Source: a bacterium (GTDB taxonomy: Bacteria > Patescibacteriota > Minisyncoccia > Phycocordibacterales > UBA1006). Taken from it: DNA of 64,000 bases. The stretch is taken from the NCBI GenBank assembly GCA_037144045.1, contig JBAWXN010000001.1:203752-267751 (forward strand), written 5' to 3'. Position 1 is the first letter of the stretch, and each line of letters opens with the position of its first letter. The translations under genes and the position numbers were made by a program. The notes beneath the pieces are model-generated. The model did no database searches, was not told the origin of the DNA, and saw nothing but the letters and a program-made list of their open reading frames with translations. Positions 29,199-37,341 of this stretch are shown piece after piece.

Positions 29199-30431
29199 AT
29201 GAAACGCTTTTTTATTTTTATCGCAATTTTATTAGTAGTTATCATTGGTGGCACCGTTGTGTATGCTGCACTTAAACCTACTACCAGCAAACCCTTATCT
29301 ACACAACCCACTCCTCCTGCATCAAGTACTTCCGAAGTAGTTGTACCAGAAAAACCGCTCGTAACTCATATCGAGACCCCGAAACCCCTCAAGGCTCTTT
29401 ACATCTCGAGCTGGGTTGCTGCAAGTCCGAAACCGCTTGCGCACGTAATGGACATTATTGAATCTACAGAAATTAATGCTGTAGTAATTGATATTAAAGA
29501 CTCAACAGGAAAAATCTCGTTCCTTGTAGATGATCCAATTATTACTGCAACTAAATCTCCTGAGAACCGCATCAAAAATATTCGAGAATTCATTAATACA
29601 CTTCATGAAAAAAATATTTACGTAATTGGACGTGTTTCAACGTTTCAAGACGACTTTGTTGCAAAGTCAAAACCCGAATGGGCCCTTAAGAAAAAAAGTG
29701 ACGGATCAGTATGGAAAGATCGAAAAGGACTCCCGTTCCTCGATCCAGCAAACCCTGATGTTGTTAACTACCTTATCGCTATTGGACGTGCCTCGTACAA
29801 CGTAGGTTTCGATGAAATTAACTACGACTATATTCGGTACCCATCTGACGGAAATATTAAGGATATCGACTACAAATTAGCGCCAGGTAAAACTCGCGCT
29901 GATAATATCACAGCATTTGCAGAAAAATTGCATGATGAACTAAAAAAAGAAGCTGGAATTAAAATTTCAGCAGATGTATTCGGTCTCACAACAACAGAAA
30001 CTACTGACATGGGTATCGGGCAGGTATTCGAACGAATGCTTCCATACTTTGACTATATAGCACCTATGATCTACCCGTCACACTATGCAAATGGCGAATA
30101 CGGTATCAAAATACCTGCAGAAAAACCTTACGAAACGATCATGAAGGCGCTTGCTGGTGCTAAAAAGAAAACTCGCGAACTTGCTACAACTCGTAATTCT
30201 GAAGTTTCGGGAACGAGTACAGTTCAAACCAATGTGGTAGACGAAGCGAAAGCTGATGAACTATACGCAAAAGTACGTCCTTGGCTTCAAGATTTCTCAA
30301 TTGGTAAAACAAAGTATGATGTTACTAAAGTAGTAGCACAGATTAAGGCTACTAACGACTCGGGACTTGATTCATGGATGATGTGGGATCCAAGTAATCG
30401 TTATACAACAGGTGCTTATCAAAAGAACTAA
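29199..30431 (+). CDS. Putative glycoside hydrolase (DUF4015-like), membrane anchored
   Basis: INAVVIDIKD, GFDEINYDYIRYP, PMIYPSHY, RPWLQDF. Confidence 0.85.
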   Translation: MKRFFIFIAILLVVIIGGTVVYAALKPTTSKPLSTQPTPPASSTSEVVVPEKPLVTHIETPKPLKALYISSWVAASPKPLAHVMDIIESTEINAVVIDIKDSTGKISFLVDDPIITATKSPENRIKNIREFINTLHEKNIYVIGRVSTFQDDFVAKSKPEWALKKKSDGSVWKDRKGLPFLDPANPDVVNYLIAIGRASYNVGFDEINYDYIRYPSDGNIKDIDYKLAPGKTRADNITAFAEKLHDELKKEAGIKISADVFGLTTTETTDMGIGQVFERMLPYFDYIAPMIYPSHYANGEYGIKIPAEKPYETIMKALAGAKKKTRELATTRNSEVSGTSTVQTNVVDEAKADELYAKVRPWLQDFSIGKTKYDVTKVVAQIKATNDSGLDSWMMWDPSNRYTTGAYQKN

Positions 30432-30452
30432 TATATGGTATAGTAATTACCT

Positions 30453-30779
30453 ATGAAATACAGCACATGGATTATCGTATTAAGTATTGTTAACATCATT
30501 ACAATATTTTCAGGATTCCCGACTGGTACTAAAAGGGGTATTATTGTCGCAACTACGCTGATCTTTATCTTTATAGGACTCATTTTACGAGCTATCGAGA
30601 AAAAGCAAGCAGCACGCATTAAACAAAAAAAGCAGGTCATTGAACAGACTTACGACCATTCACTTGATCAAGTAGCCAAGGCTATTGCCGAAGACATTCA
30701 TGAGCAAGTAGAAGAAGAAATTAAAGAGATTACTCATCAAGAAGCTATTACACATCATGATAAAGAAACTATCTCATAA
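30453..30779 (+). CDS. Hypothetical 2-TM protein
   Basis: Two TM helices with an SGFP turn, charged tail; TGGTATAGT upstream. Confidence 0.75.
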   Translation: MKYSTWIIVLSIVNIITIFSGFPTGTKRGIIVATTLIFIFIGLILRAIEKKQAARIKQKKQVIEQTYDHSLDQVAKAIAEDIHEQVEEEIKEITHQEAITHHDKETIS

Positions 30780-32001
30780 TCGATATTACTATCATGTACT
30801 CAAGGGAACAGGAATCACCGTTCTTGTTTTTTTGGTTTTTACCCTCGGAGTAATTGCAGGAACGAAGCCAGGAATTGCTAAGATAGTAGGTGCAAACAGT
30901 ATCGTAAATACAGAACCTCTTACCGCACAAAATAAGGATTTGTCTGAATTTTGGTATGTATGGAATTTAATGCAAGAAAAATATCCTTTCAAGGAAAAAA
31001 CTCCTGACAATACTGCTAAAATTTATGGAGCCATTTCAGGAATGGTAAGTTCGTACAAAGATCCTTATACGGTATTTTTCCCACCTCAAGAAGCAAAACT
31101 GTTTGGTGATCAAGTAAAAGGATCGTTTGGTGGTGTAGGTATGGAAGTGGGTATTAAAAAAGGATTTATTACCGTAGTAGCACCTATGAAAGGTTCTCCC
31201 GCAGAAAAGGCTGGGATCAAAGCTGGTGATATTGTTACAGAAATCAACGGTAAAAAAACGGACGATATGGATATTGATTCAGCAATATCGCTTATTCGCG
31301 GGGAGGTGGGAACCATGGTTGACTTGAGTGTGGCTCGTAGCGGGTCACTAGAATTCCTTCATTTTAAAATTATTCGAGATATTGTAAAAGTCCCTGTTAT
31401 CGAAACCAAAGAACAAGGTGATGTATTTATTATTAGTTTCTATAGTTTCTCTGAGGACTCGGCTGAACTCTTTACTCAAGCTTTAGAAAAATTCGTTGCG
31501 TCTGGCAAAACAAAACTAGTAATAGACCTACGTAACAACCCAGGTGGATACCTTGATGCTGCTGTAGACATCGCAAGTTATTTCCTTCCTCGTGGTGCAA
31601 CCGTAGTAAAGGAAAATGCAGGTACTCAGGCTTCCGAAGTACTTCATGAAAGTAAAGGATACAGCCTCCTGAGTCGCATGCCAAAAATAGTTGTGCTCAT
31701 TAACAACGGATCTGCATCGGCTTCTGAAATTCTTGCCGGCGCTCTTTCGGAAGCTCAAGTAGCAACCCTCGTTGGGACCACTTCATTCGGAAAGGGTTCA
31801 GTACAGCAGGTAATCAACCTTGATGGGGGATCAGCTATTAAAATTACCGTAGCTAAATGGTTTACCCCTAAAGGAGTTTCTATTTCAGAAAAGGGAATTA
31901 TGCCAGGAGTAATCATAGAAGACAAACCAATACTTAATAAAAAGACGCAAAAATATTCAGATCCTCAACTTGAAAAAGCGATTGAAATTCTTGATAAGTA
32001 A
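30757..32001 (+). CDS. ctpA: S41 C-terminal processing protease with PDZ domain
   Basis: DPYT, GSPAEKAGIKAGD, DLRNNPGG, SASASEI, FGKGSVQ. Confidence 0.95.
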   Translation: MIKKLSHNRYYYHVLKGTGITVLVFLVFTLGVIAGTKPGIAKIVGANSIVNTEPLTAQNKDLSEFWYVWNLMQEKYPFKEKTPDNTAKIYGAISGMVSSYKDPYTVFFPPQEAKLFGDQVKGSFGGVGMEVGIKKGFITVVAPMKGSPAEKAGIKAGDIVTEINGKKTDDMDIDSAISLIRGEVGTMVDLSVARSGSLEFLHFKIIRDIVKVPVIETKEQGDVFIISFYSFSEDSAELFTQALEKFVASGKTKLVIDLRNNPGGYLDAAVDIASYFLPRGATVVKENAGTQASEVLHESKGYSLLSRMPKIVVLINNGSASASEILAGALSEAQVATLVGTTSFGKGSVQQVINLDGGSAIKITVAKWFTPKGVSISEKGIMPGVIIEDKPILNKKTQKYSDPQLEKAIEILDK

Positions 32002-32009
32002 CAACACGT

Positions 32010-32453
32010 ATGAAAGTAGTATTTAGAAAAAATGTAAAAGGTATAGGAAAGATTGATGAAATTAAAGAAGTAGCTGATGGATACGCTTTGAACTTTTTAA
32101 TCCCGAGCGGCTCTGCGGTACGTGCTACCGACGAAGTAATAGCTGCTATCGCCGCTAAAAAAGCAGACCAACAAAAATATGAGGTTATCAAAGACACTCA
32201 ATTAAAAGAGTTATTGAATACCTTAACTCGTGCTGGCGGTGTGACTATCCATGGACATCCTCATAGTAAAAATAATCTCTATCAATCAATCACCGTACAA
32301 GAAATCGTGCACGCTATTAATGAACAGCACCATATCTTTGTACCGAAGGATTTAATTATCGATTATAAACCCATCAAGGAAACAGGCGATCACCTACTGA
32401 CTATTGGTACCAAAAAGCACTCAATACCTTACACAATAAAAATTCCCTCATAA
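32010..32453 (+). CDS. rplI: 50S ribosomal protein L9 (divergent C-domain)
   Basis: MKV....VKG.GK...I.EVADGYA.NFLIP. Confidence 0.9.
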   Translation: MKVVFRKNVKGIGKIDEIKEVADGYALNFLIPSGSAVRATDEVIAAIAAKKADQQKYEVIKDTQLKELLNTLTRAGGVTIHGHPHSKNNLYQSITVQEIVHAINEQHHIFVPKDLIIDYKPIKETGDHLLTIGTKKHSIPYTIKIPS

Positions 32454-32467
32454 GAGGGAATTTTTAT
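32436..32467. terminator. Bidirectional terminator between rplI and rpmA
   Basis: ATAAAAATTCCCTC-ATAA-GAGGGAATTTTTAT. Confidence 0.8.
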
Positions 32468-32477
32468 ATGCTTCGTA

Positions 32478-32750
32478 TTAGATAACGTTAGCAACTTTTT
32501 TGTTTGAAGTAGTACCATCAAACTTCATTTTTCGTTTTGTAGTAAATTTTACTACACCTGTCTTGTCAGCATAGAGCGTGTGATCTTTCCCGACACGAAC
32601 GTTTTTACCAGCCAAGATACGAGTACCTCGTTGGCGAATGATCACAGAACCAGGTTGAGCGGCTTGCCCGTCATACAATTTGGTTCCCAAGTATTTAGGA
32701 TTTGAATCTCGAAGGTTTCGTGCGGTTCCTCCAGCTTTTCTATGTGCCAT
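32478..32750 (-). CDS. rpmA: 50S ribosomal protein L27
   Basis: [26 protein letters not shown]. Confidence 0.97.
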   Translation of the reverse strand: MAHRKAGGTARNLRDSNPKYLGTKLYDGQAAQPGSVIIRQRGTRILAGKNVRVGKDHTLYADKTGVVKFTTKRKMKFDGTTSNKKVANVI

Positions 32751-32843
32751 AGTGTTAATCGTTGAGCACAGAAGGCTTTGAGTTATTCCTTATAAATAAC
32801 TGAACCCCTGTTGCTATACTTTTTTTATTAATAATTAAGTTCT

Positions 32844-33275
32844 ATGAGTATACAAGAAATCGTTTTAAAAATCAAGGGCTTAGCAGGGAAGCGGGACCTC
32901 GATAAGCTCTATACCGTCGTCCAAGCCGTACTATTAGGTCTTTTAGGGCTTTGTTTTGGCCTTATAGGCTTCTTTATCGGGTCAGTGCATCAATTTAAGC
33001 TCCAAAAACAACCGAGCCCCATATCGGTGATTTATCCACCACTACCGACTACTCCTTACACTGAATCCAAAGGACAGGGGACCGTGAAATCACCACAAAC
33101 CCTATCACCAACACCTGATGGGAACTATATTGGATCTAAAACAGGGAAAACGTATTACACCAAAGATTGTAAAGGAATCAATCGCATAAAACCGGAAAAT
33201 CGAGTATACTTTATTACACAACAGGAAGCACAATCCCAAGGACGCTCCTTATCCAAGACCTGTACTTCTTCTTGA
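32844..33275 (+). CDS. Membrane-anchored protein with C-terminal Ada metal-binding-like domain
   Basis: TM helix; YIGSKTGKTYY..C..INRIKPEN.VYF...EA...G...C. Confidence 0.75.
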   Translation: MSIQEIVLKIKGLAGKRDLDKLYTVVQAVLLGLLGLCFGLIGFFIGSVHQFKLQKQPSPISVIYPPLPTTPYTESKGQGTVKSPQTLSPTPDGNYIGSKTGKTYYTKDCKGINRIKPENRVYFITQQEAQSQGRSLSKTCTSS

Positions 33276-33281
33276 TTATTT

Positions 33282-34187
33282 ATGAACGAATCAAAATCAG
33301 CACTTTTCTTTGTATTTCTCGTGACTGCACTTATTGTTGCAGGGTACATTTTGTATACCAAACAAACAGCAACTCCCTCAAGTATTGTTTCTGATCCAAT
33401 CGTTAACACAGGACAAGAAGTAAAAGGTGAGAGTGTTAATAGTACTAATACTGCAGCAATAACCAAAACAGTAACCGGCTCCGAGTTCACAAAAAAGAAT
33501 GCTTCGCTGCGTACAAAAATCAACCGTGAGAACATTATTTGGTTTACCAACTATGAACGTGCAAAAGTGAACCTACCACCACTCACAGCTTCAGCCCAAC
33601 TCAATACTTCAAGTTCTCGTAAAAACGATGACATGTTCGTACATCAATATTTTAACCATACCCGAGCAGCAAATCCACCAATCGGTTTTGATAGATTCAT
33701 TGACGATCAAAACTACACATTCATTAAGATAGGCGAGAACCTTGCTATGGGTGACTTTAGCAGCAGCGCTGAAATCGTGAATGCATGGATGAAAAGCCCT
33801 GCACATAAGAAAAACATACTTGATCCGATCTATCGCGATATTGGAGTAACGGCAACCCTTGGCACCATGAATGGCAAGGAAGTGTATCTTATTACTCAAC
33901 ACTTTGGCGATCCTCGCAGTAGTTGTCCAAGTATCAATGCAACTACTAAAGAGGCGATTGATGCTCTTAAAAATCATATTACTGAACTTCAGACAACCAT
34001 CAACGAGAAGCAGCAAGAGGTGACTCGAAGCAATCATACACTTGATCCACATTACGATTCATTAATCGAAGAATATAATTCATTTGTAACTTTGTACAAC
34101 AATGCTATAAAACAAATGGCATCACTTGTGAGTACGTATAACAAGCAAGTGCAATCATTCGATCGCTGTGTTCAAGGGAAGGGGTAG
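33282..34187 (+). CDS. CAP (SCP) domain protein
   Basis: TN.ER, YFNH, IGENLA, WMKSP.HK.NIL, QHFG. Confidence 0.92.
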   Translation: MNESKSALFFVFLVTALIVAGYILYTKQTATPSSIVSDPIVNTGQEVKGESVNSTNTAAITKTVTGSEFTKKNASLRTKINRENIIWFTNYERAKVNLPPLTASAQLNTSSSRKNDDMFVHQYFNHTRAANPPIGFDRFIDDQNYTFIKIGENLAMGDFSSSAEIVNAWMKSPAHKKNILDPIYRDIGVTATLGTMNGKEVYLITQHFGDPRSSCPSINATTKEAIDALKNHITELQTTINEKQQEVTRSNHTLDPHYDSLIEEYNSFVTLYNNAIKQMASLVSTYNKQVQSFDRCVQGKG

Positions 34188-34240
34188 TAATCAAGTACTG
34201 AGGCGCCCCATATATAGATATAGAAGGTTTAATTATGATA

Positions 34241-34268
34241 ATGTCGCACAATATATCTTTTACGACAT
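34241..34268. other. Candidate dif (Xer recombination) site at the replication terminus
   Basis: ATGTCGCACAA-TATATC-TTTTACGACAT: 11-6-11 inverted repeat in the intergenic gap where gene orientation flips. Confidence 0.7.
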
Positions 34269-34305
34269 AGTCTATTATATAAACCATAGAATATATACTC
34301 CCAAC

Positions 34306-34332
34306 ACAAAAGCCCGTCTCTAGGGCTTTTGT
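34306..34332. terminator. Terminator of the ABC-F gene (bidirectional form)
   Basis: ACAAAAGCCC-GTCTCTA-GGGCTTTTGT. Confidence 0.75.
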
Positions 34333-34346
34333 TATAGATAGATAAC

Positions 34347-35816
34347 CTATTTACCTAAGTCGAGTACTTCATCAATGCGGATCTTCTCTACGAAGTCTGG
34401 TACGTGTGATACGACAATCATCGCTCCGGTAAATTTATTTAATGCTTCTGCAATTACAGGTAAATGTCTAAAGTTAATATGGTTGGTTGGTTCATCTAAA
34501 ATGAGCAAACCTGGTTTTTGTAGCACTAATCGTGCAAATGCTACCAACCCCTTTTGACCTTCTGATAAGACTCCAATTTTAGTGTACATCAGGTCTCCGG
34601 TGATCAAAAAGCTCGCGGCCGTTGCTCGCATGCGTTCTTCATCTAATTTCCCTTCGACTTCTTTAACCATGGCTGAAAGCGACTCATAAACGGTTTGATT
34701 GAAATCAAGCGTCGAGAAATCTTGACGGTAGTAACCAATACGGATACCTGATTGAATTGAAACTCCTTCGGCATTGTTTGATGCAAGGCGTTCGAGGAGT
34801 GTTGATTTCCCAATTCCATTAGGTCCTGCAAGTTGCAAATGTTGGTTTTTACGCAACTTCACTTTTACTTCTTTTTTCTTAGGTTTATGCGTTTTAAAAT
34901 CAAGTACCGACAGTGATTCAATAGTTACAATATCACCGTTAATATTTTCTTGAGCTGGAATAATGAATGCGCGAATGGTTTTGTCTTCTTTACGCACATC
35001 TACTTTTTCTTCTTCCATTTCGGCAGCGTCATCACGCATCCGTTTTGCAACGGCACGTAAATTCCCTCCTTTCATGGCGAATTTATTTGCCTGATCTTTC
35101 TTAGCTTGAATTTCTTTTGCGAGCAATGCGTTCTTACGATTTTCACGTTCAATACGCGCAGAAATGTCTTTAACTACATCGTAGTAGTTCCCTGTGTACT
35201 GTTCAATTTTTTTTGTATACACATCGAGGTACAACACACCTTCCGTAAATGAATTAAGGAACTCAGCATCATGGGAAATTACGACTACTGTTTTTTTGTA
35301 GTTCACCAAAAATTCAGTAAGGTGTTCAATTCCTGCATGATCAAGATTGTTGGTTGGTTCATCTAACAATAAAATATCAGGATTTTGAATCAAGGCTGAT
35401 GCAAGCAATAGTCGTGCCTGCTGACCCCCTGAAAACGATTTAATAATGCGATCATGAGGTGCATGGAGTCCAACCACTTCGAGGATGGCATCTATTTTAG
35501 GATCAATATCATATACTTTTTGAGTAAATGATTTTTCAAAAAACTCACGTACCGTAAGGTCAAGCTGGTCTCGTGGAATTACTTGTCGCGAAATAGCAAC
35601 AGTAGCACCTTTTTGAATATGGATTTCCCCCTCGGTTGGCTCATGGAGACCAGTAATCAATCCAAAGAGTGTCGACTTCCCTGCTCCGTTTTGACCCATG
35701 ATGGTAATTTTAGAGCCTTTGCGAATATTAAAAGACACCTCCGTAAGGATGGGTTTAATGTGACTGTATTCGTAACTCACTTCATCGAATCGTACAATAA
35801 CTTCATTCTTTGACAT
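34347..35816 (-). CDS. ABC-F family ribosome-associated ATPase
   Basis: Two NBDs (GQNGAGKST/FSGGQ/DEPTN; GPNGIGKST/LSEGQ/DEPTNH), no TM; start reset to MSKNEV. Confidence 0.92.
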   Translation of the reverse strand: MSKNEVIVRFDEVSYEYSHIKPILTEVSFNIRKGSKITIMGQNGAGKSTLFGLITGLHEPTEGEIHIQKGATVAISRQVIPRDQLDLTVREFFEKSFTQKVYDIDPKIDAILEVVGLHAPHDRIIKSFSGGQQARLLLASALIQNPDILLLDEPTNNLDHAGIEHLTEFLVNYKKTVVVISHDAEFLNSFTEGVLYLDVYTKKIEQYTGNYYDVVKDISARIERENRKNALLAKEIQAKKDQANKFAMKGGNLRAVAKRMRDDAAEMEEEKVDVRKEDKTIRAFIIPAQENINGDIVTIESLSVLDFKTHKPKKKEVKVKLRKNQHLQLAGPNGIGKSTLLERLASNNAEGVSIQSGIRIGYYRQDFSTLDFNQTVYESLSAMVKEVEGKLDEERMRATAASFLITGDLMYTKIGVLSEGQKGLVAFARLVLQKPGLLILDEPTNHINFRHLPVIAEALNKFTGAMIVVSHVPDFVEKIRIDEVLDLGK

Positions 35817-35856
35817 TAGGAATAGAGTGTACTCTATTTTAGACAAAAAGAAAAGG

Positions 35857-35919
35857 CTACTTCTTAGCCTTCTTTGGTTTCTTCGCGTCTTTCTTTTGAC
35901 TATTGTTTCCTTTCGCCAT
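35857..35919 (-). CDS. 20-aa Lys-rich peptide MAKGNNSQKKDAKKPKKAKK (below ORF-track cutoff)
   Basis: ATG 35919 to TAG 35857; upstream TGATACAAT; stop codon lies in the hairpin AAGGCTA-AGAAG-TAGCCTT followed by a T-tract. Confidence 0.65.
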   Translation of the reverse strand: MAKGNNSQKKDAKKPKKAKK

Positions 35920-35955
35920 AGAGTTATTGGATTAGTTTGTAATACCTAAATTGTA

Positions 35956-36597
35956 TCACAGCTTATTCATGTATGCATTCCATAACGGATCATTATCAGC
36001 ACGATAGCCCCGCGCGCGACCTTCCTTACGACCATATTCTTTAATGGCATATCCTGCCGCGTTCCAATATTTTTGTGGAATTATTTCAAGGAGGTCTTGT
36101 TCAATTTTCGACGCATCAGTGTGTCGCGATAATTTAAAACGCTTTGCAAAACGAATCACATGCGTATCAACTGGAATTCCTACAAATATATTAAATCCAT
36201 TTGCAAGAACTGCAACAGCTGTTTTGCGCCCAACCCCTGGCAAGGTTATCAATTCATCAACGGTATGAGGAACCACACCATTAAATTCATTAATAACAAT
36301 GTGAGCCGTGCGTTTAATGTACGACGCCTTGGCACGAAAATAATTTACCCCAGAAACCATTTTTTGAATTGATGTAATATCGGCTTTTGCGAGCGCCTTG
36401 GGCGTTGGATATTTTTTAAATAATGCAGGCGTAATTTTATTAACCCCTTCATCAGTCATTTGCGCTGATAAAATAACTGCGACCAATAATTCCCAAGTAT
36501 TTGTATAATTCAAAAACGTAGCACTACGTTTATAGCGCTTCAAAAGAATAGGACCTATCGTTTTCCAGGTATTTTTTCGAGTTTCGAGTACCGACAT
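35956..36597 (-). CDS. nth: Endonuclease III (HhH-GPD) without Fe-S cysteines
   Basis: LLVAVILSAQ.TD, LPGVGRKTA, VDTHV.R; start reset to MSVLE. Confidence 0.9.
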   Translation of the reverse strand: MSVLETRKNTWKTIGPILLKRYKRSATFLNYTNTWELLVAVILSAQMTDEGVNKITPALFKKYPTPKALAKADITSIQKMVSGVNYFRAKASYIKRTAHIVINEFNGVVPHTVDELITLPGVGRKTAVAVLANGFNIFVGIPVDTHVIRFAKRFKLSRHTDASKIEQDLLEIIPQKYWNAAGYAIKEYGRKEGRARGYRADNDPLWNAYMNKL

Positions 36598-36626
36598 ATC
36601 CCCTATCATAGCAGAATGCTAAGGTG

Positions 36627-36655
36627 TTGACATAATTTTAATTATAGGCTATTAT
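36627..36655 (+). promoter_or_regulatory. Sigma70 promoter
   Basis: TTGACA-17 nt-TATTAT. Confidence 0.75.
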
Positions 36656-36694
36656 TGTATTTGTTCATTTTTATAACACAAAATATTCTAAGAA

Positions 36695-37234
36695 ATGGGA
36701 ACACCAAAAGCCCTAAATCCGGACCTGTTAAAAGGCACCGAAGGTACGCTCTTACACGAGGTACTATCTACTACTAACGAAGAAACAGCTGCGTTCTTGC
36801 AGGAGGTTGGCAATGCGCCTACCGATACCGACAAGAAAGTAACCGACATTCTGCCGTTGGAAGCAGCCCTATTCCTGCATGCCAAAACTAATGGTGTTGC
36901 TGCCGAAAAACTTATTGATGATTTCAACACTGAAGTTGAAGCAAAGAAACAGGAAAACGGCAAAGAAATACCTGAGGGCGAGCGCGAGGCATTCTTCGAA
37001 AAACGTAAGCAGGTGAAAGCCGCAGCGCGTAAATTGAAGAAGAAAGCTGAGCTGTTTGCAGAAGTAGCCTGGGGCTCTATCCGCAGCCGCATAGAAGACA
37101 TTGAATCGCTGGAAATTCGTAATGGCGGAGCCATAATTGATGTTACAGCTGCAGAAGGTGAAAAATGCCCGAATTGTGGTAAGGTACACGGGAAAGGTGG
37201 CCTGGTAGAACTACTCGAGTTAGTACTCAGTTAA
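36695..37234 (+). CDS. Hypothetical helical protein with C-terminal CPNCGKVH knuckle
   Basis: 179-aa ORF with its own promoter and terminator (GAGTCTTGC-TACCT-GCAAGGCTC-T6). Confidence 0.75.
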   Translation: MGTPKALNPDLLKGTEGTLLHEVLSTTNEETAAFLQEVGNAPTDTDKKVTDILPLEAALFLHAKTNGVAAEKLIDDFNTEVEAKKQENGKEIPEGEREAFFEKRKQVKAAARKLKKKAELFAEVAWGSIRSRIEDIESLEIRNGGAIIDVTAAEGEKCPNCGKVHGKGGLVELLELVLS

Positions 37235-37304
37235 TAACCAAAAAAACATTTCTTAATTCATTGAGTCTTGCTACCTGCAAGGCTCTTTTTTTGGACAATT
37301 TACC

Positions 37305-37341
37305 AATATAAAAAACACCTTTTTGAGGTGTTTTTTATATT
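37305..37341. terminator. Terminator of the giant surface protein gene
   Basis: AATATAAAAAACACCT-TTTTG-AGGTGTTTTTTATATT, 16-bp arms. Confidence 0.8.

Noticed and set aside
34105-34287. 60-aa - strand ORF across the dif-like site
   Set aside because: Low-complexity AT-rich translation overlapping the CAP gene end and lying downstream of a terminator
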